Source: Acidimicrobiaceae bacterium (lineage in GTDB: Bacteria; Actinomycetota; Acidimicrobiia; Acidimicrobiales; Aldehydirespiratoraceae). From it: 64,000 bases of DNA. Below, piece after piece: positions 1-8,619 of this stretch. Positions within the stretch are counted from its first letter, which is position 1. Every line of letters begins with the position of its first letter. Under the pieces are notes generated by a model. That model was not told where the DNA came from and searched no databases. It was given only the letters and a program-made list of their open reading frames with translations. Made by a program: the position numbers and the translations under genes. The stretch covers positions 59,137-123,136 of the forward strand of contig VYCW01000102.1 in assembly GCA_009843735.1 (NCBI GenBank), given 5' to 3'.

Positions 1-41
1 CCACCAGAGTTCTCCTGCCGGCAAGCCGTAGGCTGTGGCGC

Positions 42-767
42 GTGAGCGCCTCCGACGGCTGCCTATCGGTGGTAATGCCCTGCTACAACGAGGTCGCAAC
101 CGTCGACGAGATCGTCTCCAGGGTGCTCGCCAGTCGCTTCACCGGCGAGTTGGTAGTGGTGGACGACGGTTCGACCGACGGAACCCGCGATCGGCTGTCC
201 GAATACGACGATCCGCGTGTGACGGTCCTGCTGGAGCCCGAGAATCGCGGCAAGGGCGCCGCGGTGAGGCGGGGCTTCGCCGAGGCGAGCTGCGAGTTCG
301 TCGTGATCCAGGACGCCGACCTTGAGTACGACCCCGGTGACTGGGAGGCGCTGCTCGCACCCCTGGCGAGCGGCGACGCCGACGTGGTGTACGGAACCCG
401 CATGCAGGAAGGCCCGGCGCACAGGGCGCCGTACTACTGGCACATGATCTGCAACCGGATGCTGACACAGCTGTCGAACATGGTCACCGGCGTGCGCCTG
501 GCCGATGTGGCGACCTGCTACAAGACGTTTCGCCTCGAGGTCGTGCGATCCCTCGACCTGCGCGAGAACCGATTCGGGATCGACATGGAGATCACCGCGA
601 AGGTGGCCGCCGGAGGTTGGCGCATCTGGGAGACCGGCATTTCCTACACGAGCAGGAACTATGCCGAGGGCAAGAAGATCACGTGGAAGGACGGCGTTGC
701 CGCCTTCGTGTGCATCTGCCGCTACGGGGTCTCCGAGCGCGTTCGCAAACTCTGCGGGAACACCTAA
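42..767 (+). CDS. Family 2 glycosyltransferase, DPM1/Ppm1-like polyprenol-phosphate sugar synthase
   Basis: Track ORF 42..767 with a GTG start. Motifs LSVVMPCYNE, VVDDGSTDGT and QDADLEYDP are typical of GT-A fold family 2 and DPM1-like enzymes. Third codon positions are strongly G/C. Confidence 0.85.
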   Translation: MSASDGCLSVVMPCYNEVATVDEIVSRVLASRFTGELVVVDDGSTDGTRDRLSEYDDPRVTVLLEPENRGKGAAVRRGFAEASCEFVVIQDADLEYDPGDWEALLAPLASGDADVVYGTRMQEGPAHRAPYYWHMICNRMLTQLSNMVTGVRLADVATCYKTFRLEVVRSLDLRENRFGIDMEITAKVAAGGWRIWETGISYTSRNYAEGKKITWKDGVAAFVCICRYGVSERVRKLCGNT

Positions 768-768
768 C

Positions 769-786
769 CGGCTGAGTCTTCAGCCG
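769..786. terminator. Small bidirectional hairpin between convergent genes
   Basis: CGGCTGA (769-775), loop GTCT, TCAGCCG (780-786): a perfect 7-bp stem. It sits between the TAA of the GT2 gene (765-767) and contains the TGA of the epimerase gene (782..780, minus strand). There is no U-tract. Confidence 0.35.
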
Positions 787-1910
787 TCGACCCAATCGGC
801 GAGGACCTCGAGAATCTCCTGGGACGGGCTTGACTGCGGCAGCCTCCGAGCGCGCCGGCAGCGTTCGGGGTCGGCCAGGAACGCCTCCACCACCTCGGGG
901 TCGTAGCGGCTCAGAACGGCGTTCTCGCCGAGGCCGTCGGCCCGGTCGGTGCGGTCTCGCCACAGCAGCACGGGCACCCCCAGAAGAGCGCACTCCTCCT
1001 GGATGGAGCCCCCGTCGGTGATCGCGAACGGCGCCCGTGCGAGCGCCCTCACGAACTCGGCGTGAGGGACCATCGGCACGAGCTCCACGCCGGAGGCCTC
1101 AAGGCCGGCTTGTTCTGTGGCCCCGAGCGCTCGTCGTGTGGGCTCGTGCACGTACCAGCGCACCGGAGTCGTCTGCGCCAGCCCCGTGATCGTGTGCACC
1201 AGCGCCTGTCTCCGTCGTCGCCGGTGCAGGTTCTCCACCCGGTGCATGGTCACCACCACGGGGGGCGGCCGGCGCGGCGAGCTGTGCGAGTGAGCGCCTC
1301 CCGACATGTCGGGCGCCGTCGGCGTACCTGCCGCGCCCGACTCCAGGGCGGCGCGCAGCGCATCGCTGATCGTGTTGGACGATCCGGTGATGATCCGTCC
1401 TCTAACGCGGCGTTTGCGCAGGTCCTCGGCTGCTGTGCCGTCGGGCGCGAAGAGCAGGTCGGCGAGCCGGTCGACGGCAACCCGGACGATCTCCTCCGGA
1501 AAGGGATGCAGCCAGCGGTGGGTGCGCAGGCCCGCCTCGACGTGGGCCAGCGCCAGCCCGGCGCGTTTCGCCATGAGCGCGCCGATCAGCGCCGTCGGCG
1601 TGTCGCCGTGAACCACGCAGATCCCCGAGTGCCCGCCGAAGACGGTCCGGTCGAGCTGCCGGGGCCGCGCCAGCTTGCGGCCGAGCCCCGCCGCCCACCA
1701 CAGAGCCGCGGGCACCGAGTCGACGCTGCGGGTGCCTCCCATCACGTGGTCGGGCGCCCGCAGGCCCAACTCATCGCGGAACGACTCTGACCGGTCGGCG
1801 TGCTGTCCGGAGTCGATCAGACGGTAGGGGAGGCCGGCCGACTCCATGCGCCACAGCAGCGGCGCCAGCTTGATGTACTCGGCGAGTGTGCCGATGAAGA
1901 CGTGGATCAC
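780..1910 (-). CDS. UDP-N-acetylglucosamine 2-epimerase family protein (WecB/MnaA-like)
   Basis: This is the C-terminal 376 codons of track ORF 780..2867. The GTG at 1910..1908 overlaps the TGA (1909..1907) of the upstream gene. Motifs DSGQH, HVEAGLRT, HRVEN and TDGGSIQEE match non-hydrolysing 2-epimerases. The upstream part of the track ORF overlaps the real membrane-protein gene in another frame. Confidence 0.8.
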   Translation of the reverse strand: MIHVFIGTLAEYIKLAPLLWRMESAGLPYRLIDSGQHADRSESFRDELGLRAPDHVMGGTRSVDSVPAALWWAAGLGRKLARPRQLDRTVFGGHSGICVVHGDTPTALIGALMAKRAGLALAHVEAGLRTHRWLHPFPEEIVRVAVDRLADLLFAPDGTAAEDLRKRRVRGRIITGSSNTISDALRAALESGAAGTPTAPDMSGGAHSHSSPRRPPPVVVTMHRVENLHRRRRRQALVHTITGLAQTTPVRWYVHEPTRRALGATEQAGLEASGVELVPMVPHAEFVRALARAPFAITDGGSIQEECALLGVPVLLWRDRTDRADGLGENAVLSRYDPEVVEAFLADPERCRRARRLPQSSPSQEILEVLADWVDG

Positions 1911-2908
1911 GGCTCCGTGCCCTCCGAAGGCTGCACCGGGTCCGCTTCGACCGGCGTGCGCCTCGCCGCGAGGAGCTCGGAGACGGCCGCCGCCAGCAGG
2001 TCGCGCAGCAGCAACACCAGCCTGAAACCGAATATCAGTAGGCCGAGAGCCAGGGGATCGGCTGCGCCGAGCAGTGACGGGACGGTCACCTCCACCACGC
2101 CGATTCCCTGCGGCGCGATCACAGAAAGAAATCGCAGGCCTCCCCAGGTGAGCACGAATGCACCGGCGAGGCGCGCCGTCCCGAAGCCGTCGGCGGCCTC
2201 GAAGGCGCGCATGTACAGGCAGAACACGGCCGCTGCCGCAGTCCAGTAGCAGGCCGATGCCGCGATCATGTGCAGATAGCCCGGCCACGTGAAGCCGCTG
2301 ACCGGGGCCAGGCTGTCCAGGCCGCGCCACCGCGCCACCGCCGCGACGGCACGTCCCGCCACCGGCGGCGAAGCGGCGACGATCACCCCGACCGCGGCGA
2401 TGATCGGGATTGCCAGGCCTCCGGGCAGATCGCCGGCCCAGCCGAACAGCACCAGGCCATAGGCCACCGAGACGGCGAGGCTCACCGCCATCTCGAGCGC
2501 AGCGGTAAGGGCGAGAGGTGCCGCCGGAACGCCGCGGCGCTGCATCAGAGCCACGCGGCTGATCGCGAACGTGACCATCAGCGGCACGTACCTGGCCGGC
2601 AGGGAACGAGCCGCGGTGACGGTCAGATCGCGGAAGCGCGGGCGCTGGCCGAGCATGCGCAGGCTCACGAGCCAGAAGTACGCACTGAGCGCTATCAGCA
2701 CGAATCCCGCCGCGAACGACGCCGCCACGAGCACATGCCTTGCGCCCGCGAGGTCTCCGAGAAGGTCGGTCACTTCGTCCCGGCGCGCCAGCACGAGCAC
2801 CGGCACGGCGGCGGCGAGCGTGGCGAGGTATGCGATTCTCAGCCATCTCAGAAGGCGTCGCTGCCACGGGCGGCCCATCATCGGCGCGGCTGGCTCGACT
2901 GGCTCCAC
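1907..2908 (-). CDS. Polytopic membrane protein, flippase-like / lysyl-PG-synthase TM-region-like
   Basis: Track ORF 1907..2908 with GTG at 2908. Alternative ATG starts lie at 2881/2878. The product is very hydrophobic with many predicted TM helices. The family assignment is by recollection only. Confidence 0.6.
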   Translation of the reverse strand: MEPVEPAAPMMGRPWQRRLLRWLRIAYLATLAAAVPVLVLARRDEVTDLLGDLAGARHVLVAASFAAGFVLIALSAYFWLVSLRMLGQRPRFRDLTVTAARSLPARYVPLMVTFAISRVALMQRRGVPAAPLALTAALEMAVSLAVSVAYGLVLFGWAGDLPGGLAIPIIAAVGVIVAASPPVAGRAVAAVARWRGLDSLAPVSGFTWPGYLHMIAASACYWTAAAAVFCLYMRAFEAADGFGTARLAGAFVLTWGGLRFLSVIAPQGIGVVEVTVPSLLGAADPLALGLLIFGFRLVLLLRDLLAAAVSELLAARRTPVEADPVQPSEGTEP

Positions 2909-2922
2909 GCTCCGTCAGCCGG

Positions 2923-4122
2923 TCACTGGATCCGCTCGAGCAGATCGTCGAGCGCGGCGTCGTTGATCTTCAGGCGCGCCCGTAGCGAGCCGCGGGCCTC
3001 GGCGGTCCGGTGCGACTTGTCCTGCGCCTCGTTAGCCGCGTCGATCAGCGTGCGGGGCTCGAAGCGCCGAGCGTCGAGCGGTGCCAGATCGACGAGTGAC
3101 GCCCAGCCTCCGCCTTCGGCGGCGAGCGATCTCATTTTCGGAGAGTAGTCCAGCACCACCGCCGCCTGATCGTTGAGCAGGGCGGCGATGGCGCCGTGAT
3201 AGCGCATGGTGACCACCAAGCGACTCCGGGCGACCTCGGCGAGCACATTGTCGATGTTGAGCGTGACCAGCTCTGCGTCCGTTCTCATCTTCTGCCGCAG
3301 CGCCACGAGCATGGGGGTGTCCTGGCTCGGCTGAAAGGGCAGCAGGCGCAGCGTCATGCCGCTGTGCTCGGCCAGCGCGTCGAGAGATCGCGCCAATTGC
3401 CCTGTCCATGGCTGCCAGGACGTACGGGCCTTGGCCGCGGCCGTGCGGATTCCCCGGCGATTCGGGGGGCGCAGGATCACGCAGATCGTGTCCTCGGAGT
3501 CGCTGCGGGAGCCCGTCGAGCCCGTCGGCCCCGGGGGGCCCGAGTGCGGCGGTCGGGTCGCAGCCGCCCGGCTCGAGACGAGCGCGGCGTCTCCGGCGAG
3601 CACCGGGTCGGCGCCGACGGCCACGTCGGGCACGCCCCAGTCGCGCAGGCGCTGCGCCGAGGCGGCGTCTCTGGTCACGACGTGACAGGCCCGGCGCATC
3701 TCCGAGACCGCCATTCGCCGGCTTCGGGCGCCCCGGACGTGTCCCGCCCCCAGGCCGATGGCCGCGACCGCGGCCCGCGGTTGTCCGCCAGTGGACGGTG
3801 CCGGCGCCGACCGCCTGTAGGCGCGAAGACGCGACATGTGGAACCACATGTTCCACGGCGACGTCTCCGACTGCACCACGCCTCCCGAGAGCACCATGGC
3901 GTGCGCACGGCGCAGCGACCGGCGCAGCGCGGCTCCGTCCAGGGGCGAGCGATGAGCCACCGCCGCAACGCCATGGACGGCGGCCGTCCGCTCGGGATCG
4001 ATCGACACCGCTACCGGCTCCACCCCCCGGGCCCGCAGGGCGGCGGCCATGCAACTCAGAATCATCTCGTCACCCAGGTTGTCCGACCCGTACCAGCCGG
4101 CGAGGGCGATCCTCAGAGCCAC
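2923..4122 (-). CDS. Polysaccharide pyruvyl transferase (CsaB-like)
   Basis: Track ORF 2923..4122. The N-terminal IALAGWYGSDNLGDEMIL and C-terminal MRYHGAIAALL..VLDYSPKM match the layout of the polysaccharide pyruvyl transferase / CsaB family. Confidence 0.75.
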   Translation of the reverse strand: MALRIALAGWYGSDNLGDEMILSCMAAALRARGVEPVAVSIDPERTAAVHGVAAVAHRSPLDGAALRRSLRRAHAMVLSGGVVQSETSPWNMWFHMSRLRAYRRSAPAPSTGGQPRAAVAAIGLGAGHVRGARSRRMAVSEMRRACHVVTRDAASAQRLRDWGVPDVAVGADPVLAGDAALVSSRAAATRPPHSGPPGPTGSTGSRSDSEDTICVILRPPNRRGIRTAAAKARTSWQPWTGQLARSLDALAEHSGMTLRLLPFQPSQDTPMLVALRQKMRTDAELVTLNIDNVLAEVARSRLVVTMRYHGAIAALLNDQAAVVLDYSPKMRSLAAEGGGWASLVDLAPLDARRFEPRTLIDAANEAQDKSHRTAEARGSLRARLKINDAALDDLLERIQ

Positions 4123-4212
4123 AGCCCGAGAGTCTAAGAGGCCGGGCGAATAGGCAAGCCGATGCGGCCCATACGGCGTGAGGCCCTCCGAGTCAGGGTC
4201 TCGGCGTGAGGC

Positions 4213-5298
4213 TCACGGGACGTACACGCCGTGGAAGGCGAGGGTCGTCAGGCACACCAGGCCCGCGCCCGCGGCCCCGACGATCCACCGGTCCAGCCAG
4301 CGGTGGCGGCTCGCCATCGCCGCCGCGATCATCAGCGGGAAGGCGCTCAGCGCGTACCGCTCGAGGCTGTTCAGGTTCTCCGCGGCGAGCAGCAGCGCAA
4401 GGCTGACAACCGCGTAGAGGGCCATGGGACGGCTCAGCCTCCGGGCGGCCACAACCGCCAGGGCTATCAGCACGACCGCAGCCAGGAAGTGCAGCAGCTC
4501 GCCGGTGTCGCCGTGCGCTCCCCGCCAGGCTCCCCGAACAAGCCGGCTCACCGGGTCGACGAAGTCGCCCCGCAACTCCCGCTGCTGGTCCAGCGGGGCG
4601 GAGGCATCACCGAGCGCTCCCTGGGCCCAGAGACCGAAGGTGGCTGCTCCCGCCAGCGGCGCGACCACGGCCACGACCGGGCCCGGGCGGCGCTGGGAGC
4701 GCTCCGGCCAGGCCATCACTGCGGCCGGCACCGCCAGCAGCGCGCCCACCGGTCGAGTAAGCCCCGCCAGGTACCCGGCGGCTGCCGCCGCCCACCAGTT
4801 CCCCCGGCGGGCCAGCAGGAACACCGACAGGGCCAGCGCCAGGTAAAGGGCCTCGGAATAGGCGAACACCAGGACGAAGGACGGCGGAGCCAGCGCCAGC
4901 AGCCTCACCGCCCGCCGGGCCAGGCGCCGGTCGCCGGTCTCGGACACCACGAGCCGGTGCAGCAGCACGCCGGCTGCCAGCGCGGCCGCGTTGGCCAGGA
5001 TCACCAGGGCGGCGCTGGCACCGACACCGGGGAGCCAGGCGGCAGCCCGCCCGAGAAGGGGCCACAGCGGGAAGAAGCGCAGGGCCGGGTCGGCGGCGTC
5101 GGCGTAGCCGCCGATGGCGATCGCTTCGTACCAGCGCCCGTCCCACGCCAGCAGCCCGTCCGAGACCGGGGTGAAGTCGGGCGGCGGCTCGAGGCGGTTG
5201 ACGACCGCAGTGGTGATGATGTAGGCCGCCGCGACGTAGAGACGGGCCTCCGCCCAGGCGGCCAGCGCCACCCTCAAAGCCGTGCGTGAGCCGCTCAC
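4213..5298 (-). CDS. Polytopic membrane glycosyltransferase, PIG-V-like mannosyltransferase family
   Basis: Track ORF 4213..5409, trimmed to the GTG at 5298..5296, which overlaps the upstream TGA (5297..5295). The motif WDGRWYEAIAIGGY...FFPLWPLLGR is typical of the bacterial PIG-V-like family. Multiple TM segments. Confidence 0.6.
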   Translation of the reverse strand: MSGSRTALRVALAAWAEARLYVAAAYIITTAVVNRLEPPPDFTPVSDGLLAWDGRWYEAIAIGGYADAADPALRFFPLWPLLGRAAAWLPGVGASAALVILANAAALAAGVLLHRLVVSETGDRRLARRAVRLLALAPPSFVLVFAYSEALYLALALSVFLLARRGNWWAAAAAGYLAGLTRPVGALLAVPAAVMAWPERSQRRPGPVVAVVAPLAGAATFGLWAQGALGDASAPLDQQRELRGDFVDPVSRLVRGAWRGAHGDTGELLHFLAAVVLIALAVVAARRLSRPMALYAVVSLALLLAAENLNSLERYALSAFPLMIAAAMASRHRWLDRWIVGAAGAGLVCLTTLAFHGVYVP

Positions 5299-6821
5299 GG
5301 CGTCCCGGCCGGATAGCGGTACAGGCGCATGTGCTCGTAGACGGGCCGCGCGAACAGCACCGTCTCCGACGGGCGGGTGTGTCCCAGCTCGGCTGCGATC
5401 GTCTCGCATCGTCCCTCGAAGCCGCGGTAGCCCGACGCGGTCACCAGCCAGACCGCTCCGCCGGATCCGGCGGTATCGAGAGCGACGGTGGCGGTGGCGG
5501 TGGGTGAGGCCCGGTCGATGCGGTCGTGGTAGTCGTACCAGTCGACGAAGCGCGGGTCGTCTGTCGGCGGATGGGTAAGCACGGTCGCAGGCCCCTCCAG
5601 ATGGCGCAGCACCGCGGGCGCGAGCTGGTCCGGGCAGGCGACCACAACGTCACCGGTCCCCGCATCACGGTCGATGATGCCCGCCACCTCCTGGCCCTGG
5701 CTGCGGTCGCGCCGAGCCTCGTCGATCGCTACGACCACACCGAAGGCCGCGACCGCTGCGAGAGCGGCCGGGCCCAACCACCGCGGCAGCCGCGACAGGC
5801 CCCGGCCCGCGAGGGCCACCAGCACCGGAACGACGACCGCGGTGTAGCGGGCCTCGAAGGCTCCGCCCGACAACATGGCGACGGTCCCGCCGAGTCCCAG
5901 CGTGAGCACCGTCACCGCCACCAGGGGCGCCCCCGGGTGGCGACCCGGCCAACCCAGCTCAACACCGTCGGCACTGGTGCGAATCAGGGTGGCGCCCAGC
6001 AGGGCGGCCCCGGCCAGTAGCACCCCGAGCAGCACCGGCTCGAAGCGGGTGCCGCCGCCCAGCGCCTCGATCGTCTCCACCGCTACCTCGGCCGGTCGGG
6101 CCCACTTCGCCCAGGGGGTACCGGTGTGGGTCGCCTGCTCGACCAGGACCGGCAGCCAGGGTGCAAACCCGATCCAGCCGCATGCGTAGGCGGCCAGCAC
6201 CGGGGTCAGCACCTCTCGGGATGCCGGCGAGCGCAGCCATCGCACAGCCAGCGTCGCTGAGGCGGCCGCGGCCAGCCAGATCATCCAGTAATGGGTGTGG
6301 AGCCCGGCCGCCACCACCAGCGCCACCGCGACCAGGCGGGTCGGACTGCGCCGCTCGACGGCCCTCTCGGTGACCAGCCAGCCCGTCGCGGCCAGCAGGA
6401 CCGCCAGCGCGTACATGCGTGCCTCGCTGCCGTAGCGGACCAGGAACGGCGACGTGAGGGCGAGCACCGCCGCGTAGCGGGCCGCCTCGGCGCCCAGCCT
6501 CCGCCGGGCCGCGGCCCAGATCACCGCAGCCGCCCCCAGCGAGAACAGTCCCGACAGCGAGCGGGCCGCGAAGTCGGAGTCGCCGAAGACGTCGAGCCAG
6601 AAGCCGAGCAACAGGTAGTACAGCAGGGGGTGGCCGTCGTGGCGGAGCGCCTGCACCGCGTCGCTGATCGGCAGCGAGGCGATGTTCACCGACAGCGCCT
6701 CGTCCAGCCACATCGGCGACGGCGCAATGAACCTCAGCGCAGCCCCTGCAGCGGCCGCCGCTACGGCGACGGCCCACAGTGCCGGCTGCCATCTCGGAGG
6801 GCGAGGGCCGGCGGCGTCCAT
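5295..6821 (-). CDS. GT-C membrane glycosyltransferase, family 39 / ArnT-PMT-like
   Basis: Track ORF 5295..6821. The N-terminal WLDEALSVNIA...HDGHPLLYYLLLGFW resembles the PMT_2/ArnT signature (DE...HPPLYY). It is polytopic. Its ATG at 6821..6819 directly abuts the accA-like TGA. Confidence 0.7.
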   Translation of the reverse strand: MDAAGPRPPRWQPALWAVAVAAAAAGAALRFIAPSPMWLDEALSVNIASLPISDAVQALRHDGHPLLYYLLLGFWLDVFGDSDFAARSLSGLFSLGAAAVIWAAARRRLGAEAARYAAVLALTSPFLVRYGSEARMYALAVLLAATGWLVTERAVERRSPTRLVAVALVVAAGLHTHYWMIWLAAAASATLAVRWLRSPASREVLTPVLAAYACGWIGFAPWLPVLVEQATHTGTPWAKWARPAEVAVETIEALGGGTRFEPVLLGVLLAGAALLGATLIRTSADGVELGWPGRHPGAPLVAVTVLTLGLGGTVAMLSGGAFEARYTAVVVPVLVALAGRGLSRLPRWLGPAALAAVAAFGVVVAIDEARRDRSQGQEVAGIIDRDAGTGDVVVACPDQLAPAVLRHLEGPATVLTHPPTDDPRFVDWYDYHDRIDRASPTATATVALDTAGSGGAVWLVTASGYRGFEGRCETIAAELGHTRPSETVLFARPVYEHMRLYRYPAGTP

Positions 6822-8579
6822 TCAGCTGATGACTGCGATGGTGTCTCCGCCTCCCACCGAGTCCCCCACCTGCACTCGAATCTCGGCGACGGTCCCGGAA
6901 CGGCCGGCCGCGATGTTGTTCTCCATCTTCATCGCCTCGAGCACGGCCACCGGCTCGCCCGCCTCCACCTCGTCGCCCACCTGCACCAGGAGCTTCACGA
7001 TCGTGCCCTGCATGGGGACGGTGACCTCAGCCGCGCCCGTGCCCACGCCCGACGGCCCCCGGGAGCGCCTCCGCGCCGCGCTGGGCCGATCATTGTCGCC
7101 GTTGGTCCCGTCCGGTGCCCACAACGCCACGTTGAAGAGCTTGCCCTCGACTTCCACGTCGATGGTGCGGCGCACACCGGTGCCGCGGGCGTCGGCACCA
7201 GCGTCGGCGGCGGCCGCCGGGCGACCTCCGACCGCGGTCAGGTCGAGCTGTTCCTCCACCCACCGCGTGGAGTGGGTCACGGCCGCGAAGTCCGGATGGG
7301 CGAGGATGGCCTGCGCGGCCGGCATGGTCGTGGCCACCCCGTCGACCTGCATCTCGGACAGGGCTCGCAAGCATCGGGAGATGGCGGTGTCGCGGTCGCG
7401 GCCCCAGACGACGAGTTTCCCGACGAGGTTGTCGTAGTACTGGCTGACCGTGTCGCCGGCCTCGTAGCCGCCGTCCCACCGGATGCCGGGACCCTGGGCG
7501 GGGCGCAGACCGGTGATGGGCCCCGGACAGGGGAGGAACGCGCCCCCGGCGGGATCCTCGGCATTGACCCGCACCTCGATCGAGCAGCCGGACATCGTGA
7601 TGTCCTCCTGGGTGAAGCCGATCGGCTCGCCGGCCGCGATCCGGAGCTGCTGCTCCACGAGGTCGATGCCGGTCACGATCTCGGTGACCGGATGCTCGAC
7701 CTGCAGCCTCGTGTTCATCTCCAGGTAGTAGAACTCGCCGTCGGCGTAGAGGAACTCGACGGTGCCTGCGTTGACGTACCCGCAGCCGCGAGCCACCGCG
7801 ACGGCGGCCTCGCCCATCGCCGACAGCACCGCAGGATCGATGTCCGGCGCGGGCGCCTCCTCAATGAGCTTCTGATGGCGGCGCTGGGCGGAGCAGTCCC
7901 GGGTGCCCAGATGCACGCAGTTGCCGTGGGCGTCGGCGAGGACCTGCACCTCGACATGGCGGGCCCGGTCGAAGTAGCGCTCCATGTACAGCTCGTCGCG
8001 CCCGAAGTAGGCGAGCGCCTCCCGCTGGGCCGACTCCACCGCGGCGGCCGCCTCCGCGGCCGTCGCCACGACCTTCATGCCCCGGCCGCCCCCGCCGTAG
8101 GCGGCCTTGACGGCCACCGGCCAGCCGTGGGCCGAGCCGAACTCCTCGATCTGGGCCGGATCGACGACGGGCTCGGTGGTGCCCGGAACCGGAGCCACGC
8201 CGGACTTGACCGCCGCGCCCCGAGCCGAGATCTTGTCCCCCATGACCTCGATCGCCGCGGGCGGCGGGCCGATGAAGGCAACCCCGCGGGTGGTCACCGC
8301 CCGGGCGAAGTCGGCGTTCTCGCTGAAGAATCCGTAGCCGGGATGCACGGCGTCGGCGCCGCTGCGCTCCACGGCGGCGATGAGTGCATCGGTCCGCAGG
8401 TAGCTCTCGGCCGCGGCCGAGCCGCCTAGCGCGTAGGCCTCGTCGGCGAGCCGCACGTGCATCGCGTCGCGGTCCTCGTCGGAGTAGACGGCCGCCACGG
8501 TGACGCCCATTTCCCGGCAGGCCCGGATCACCCGGACCGCTATCTCACCCCGGTTGGCTACGAGAACCTTCGAGAACAC
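6822..8579 (-). CDS. accA: Acetyl/propionyl-CoA carboxylase alpha subunit (biotin carboxylase + BCCP domain)
   Basis: Contains KVLVANRGEIAVRVIRACREMG, the ATP-grasp core and the C-terminal biotinylation motif EAMKMEN. The start is set to GTG 8579. The longer track start (8744) is a shadow of birA, because third codon positions coincide and GC3 drops in the last 20 codons. Confidence 0.9.
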   Translation of the reverse strand: MFSKVLVANRGEIAVRVIRACREMGVTVAAVYSDEDRDAMHVRLADEAYALGGSAAAESYLRTDALIAAVERSGADAVHPGYGFFSENADFARAVTTRGVAFIGPPPAAIEVMGDKISARGAAVKSGVAPVPGTTEPVVDPAQIEEFGSAHGWPVAVKAAYGGGGRGMKVVATAAEAAAAVESAQREALAYFGRDELYMERYFDRARHVEVQVLADAHGNCVHLGTRDCSAQRRHQKLIEEAPAPDIDPAVLSAMGEAAVAVARGCGYVNAGTVEFLYADGEFYYLEMNTRLQVEHPVTEIVTGIDLVEQQLRIAAGEPIGFTQEDITMSGCSIEVRVNAEDPAGGAFLPCPGPITGLRPAQGPGIRWDGGYEAGDTVSQYYDNLVGKLVVWGRDRDTAISRCLRALSEMQVDGVATTMPAAQAILAHPDFAAVTHSTRWVEEQLDLTAVGGRPAAAADAGADARGTGVRRTIDVEVEGKLFNVALWAPDGTNGDNDRPSAARRRSRGPSGVGTGAAEVTVPMQGTIVKLLVQVGDEVEAGEPVAVLEAMKMENNIAAGRSGTVAEIRVQVGDSVGGGDTIAVIS

Positions 8580-8619
8580 GAGGTCATTGGATAGCCGATC
8601 GCGGCCCGGATCGCACAGA

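Noticed and set aside
1911-2867. Composite or over-extended track ORFs: 780-2867, 4213-5409, 10873-12408, 13532-14845, 16602-17879, 17710-18930, 18927-19763, 26345-27904, 27916-29964, 31639-35052, 32988-35774, 35720-37132, 41692-42906, 53637-55865, 56002-57099 and 56201-57181.
   Set aside because: In each one the upstream portion overlaps a well-supported neighbouring gene in another frame and is Arg/Pro/Gly-rich. Recognisable family motifs start only after an internal GTG, ATG or TTG, which often forms a 4-nt overlap with the neighbour's stop. These were trimmed rather than reported as long fusion proteins.
4123-4212. A 90-nt gap inside the minus-strand glycan operon, with the direct repeat CGGCGTGAGGC (x2) flanking a CCGAG/CTCGG stem.
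   Set aside because: The stem is only 5 bp and the repeat is short. It could be an internal attenuator or promoter, but the evidence is too thin to report as a feature.
6291-8429. A 712-aa ORF antisense to accA. Similar long antisense ORFs occur at 11176-13587 (803 aa), 20627-21955, 29742-31748 (668 aa, antisense to ftsH), 39565-41046, 46259-47935 and 50029-51774.
   Set aside because: In every case I checked, the antisense ORF uses exactly the same triplet boundaries as the recognised gene on the other strand. A stop in that frame would need sense codons TTA, CTA or TCA, which are nearly absent in this GC3-rich genome. The products are Arg/Pro/Gly-rich low-complexity sequences with no motifs. 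They are shadow ORFs, not overlapping genes.
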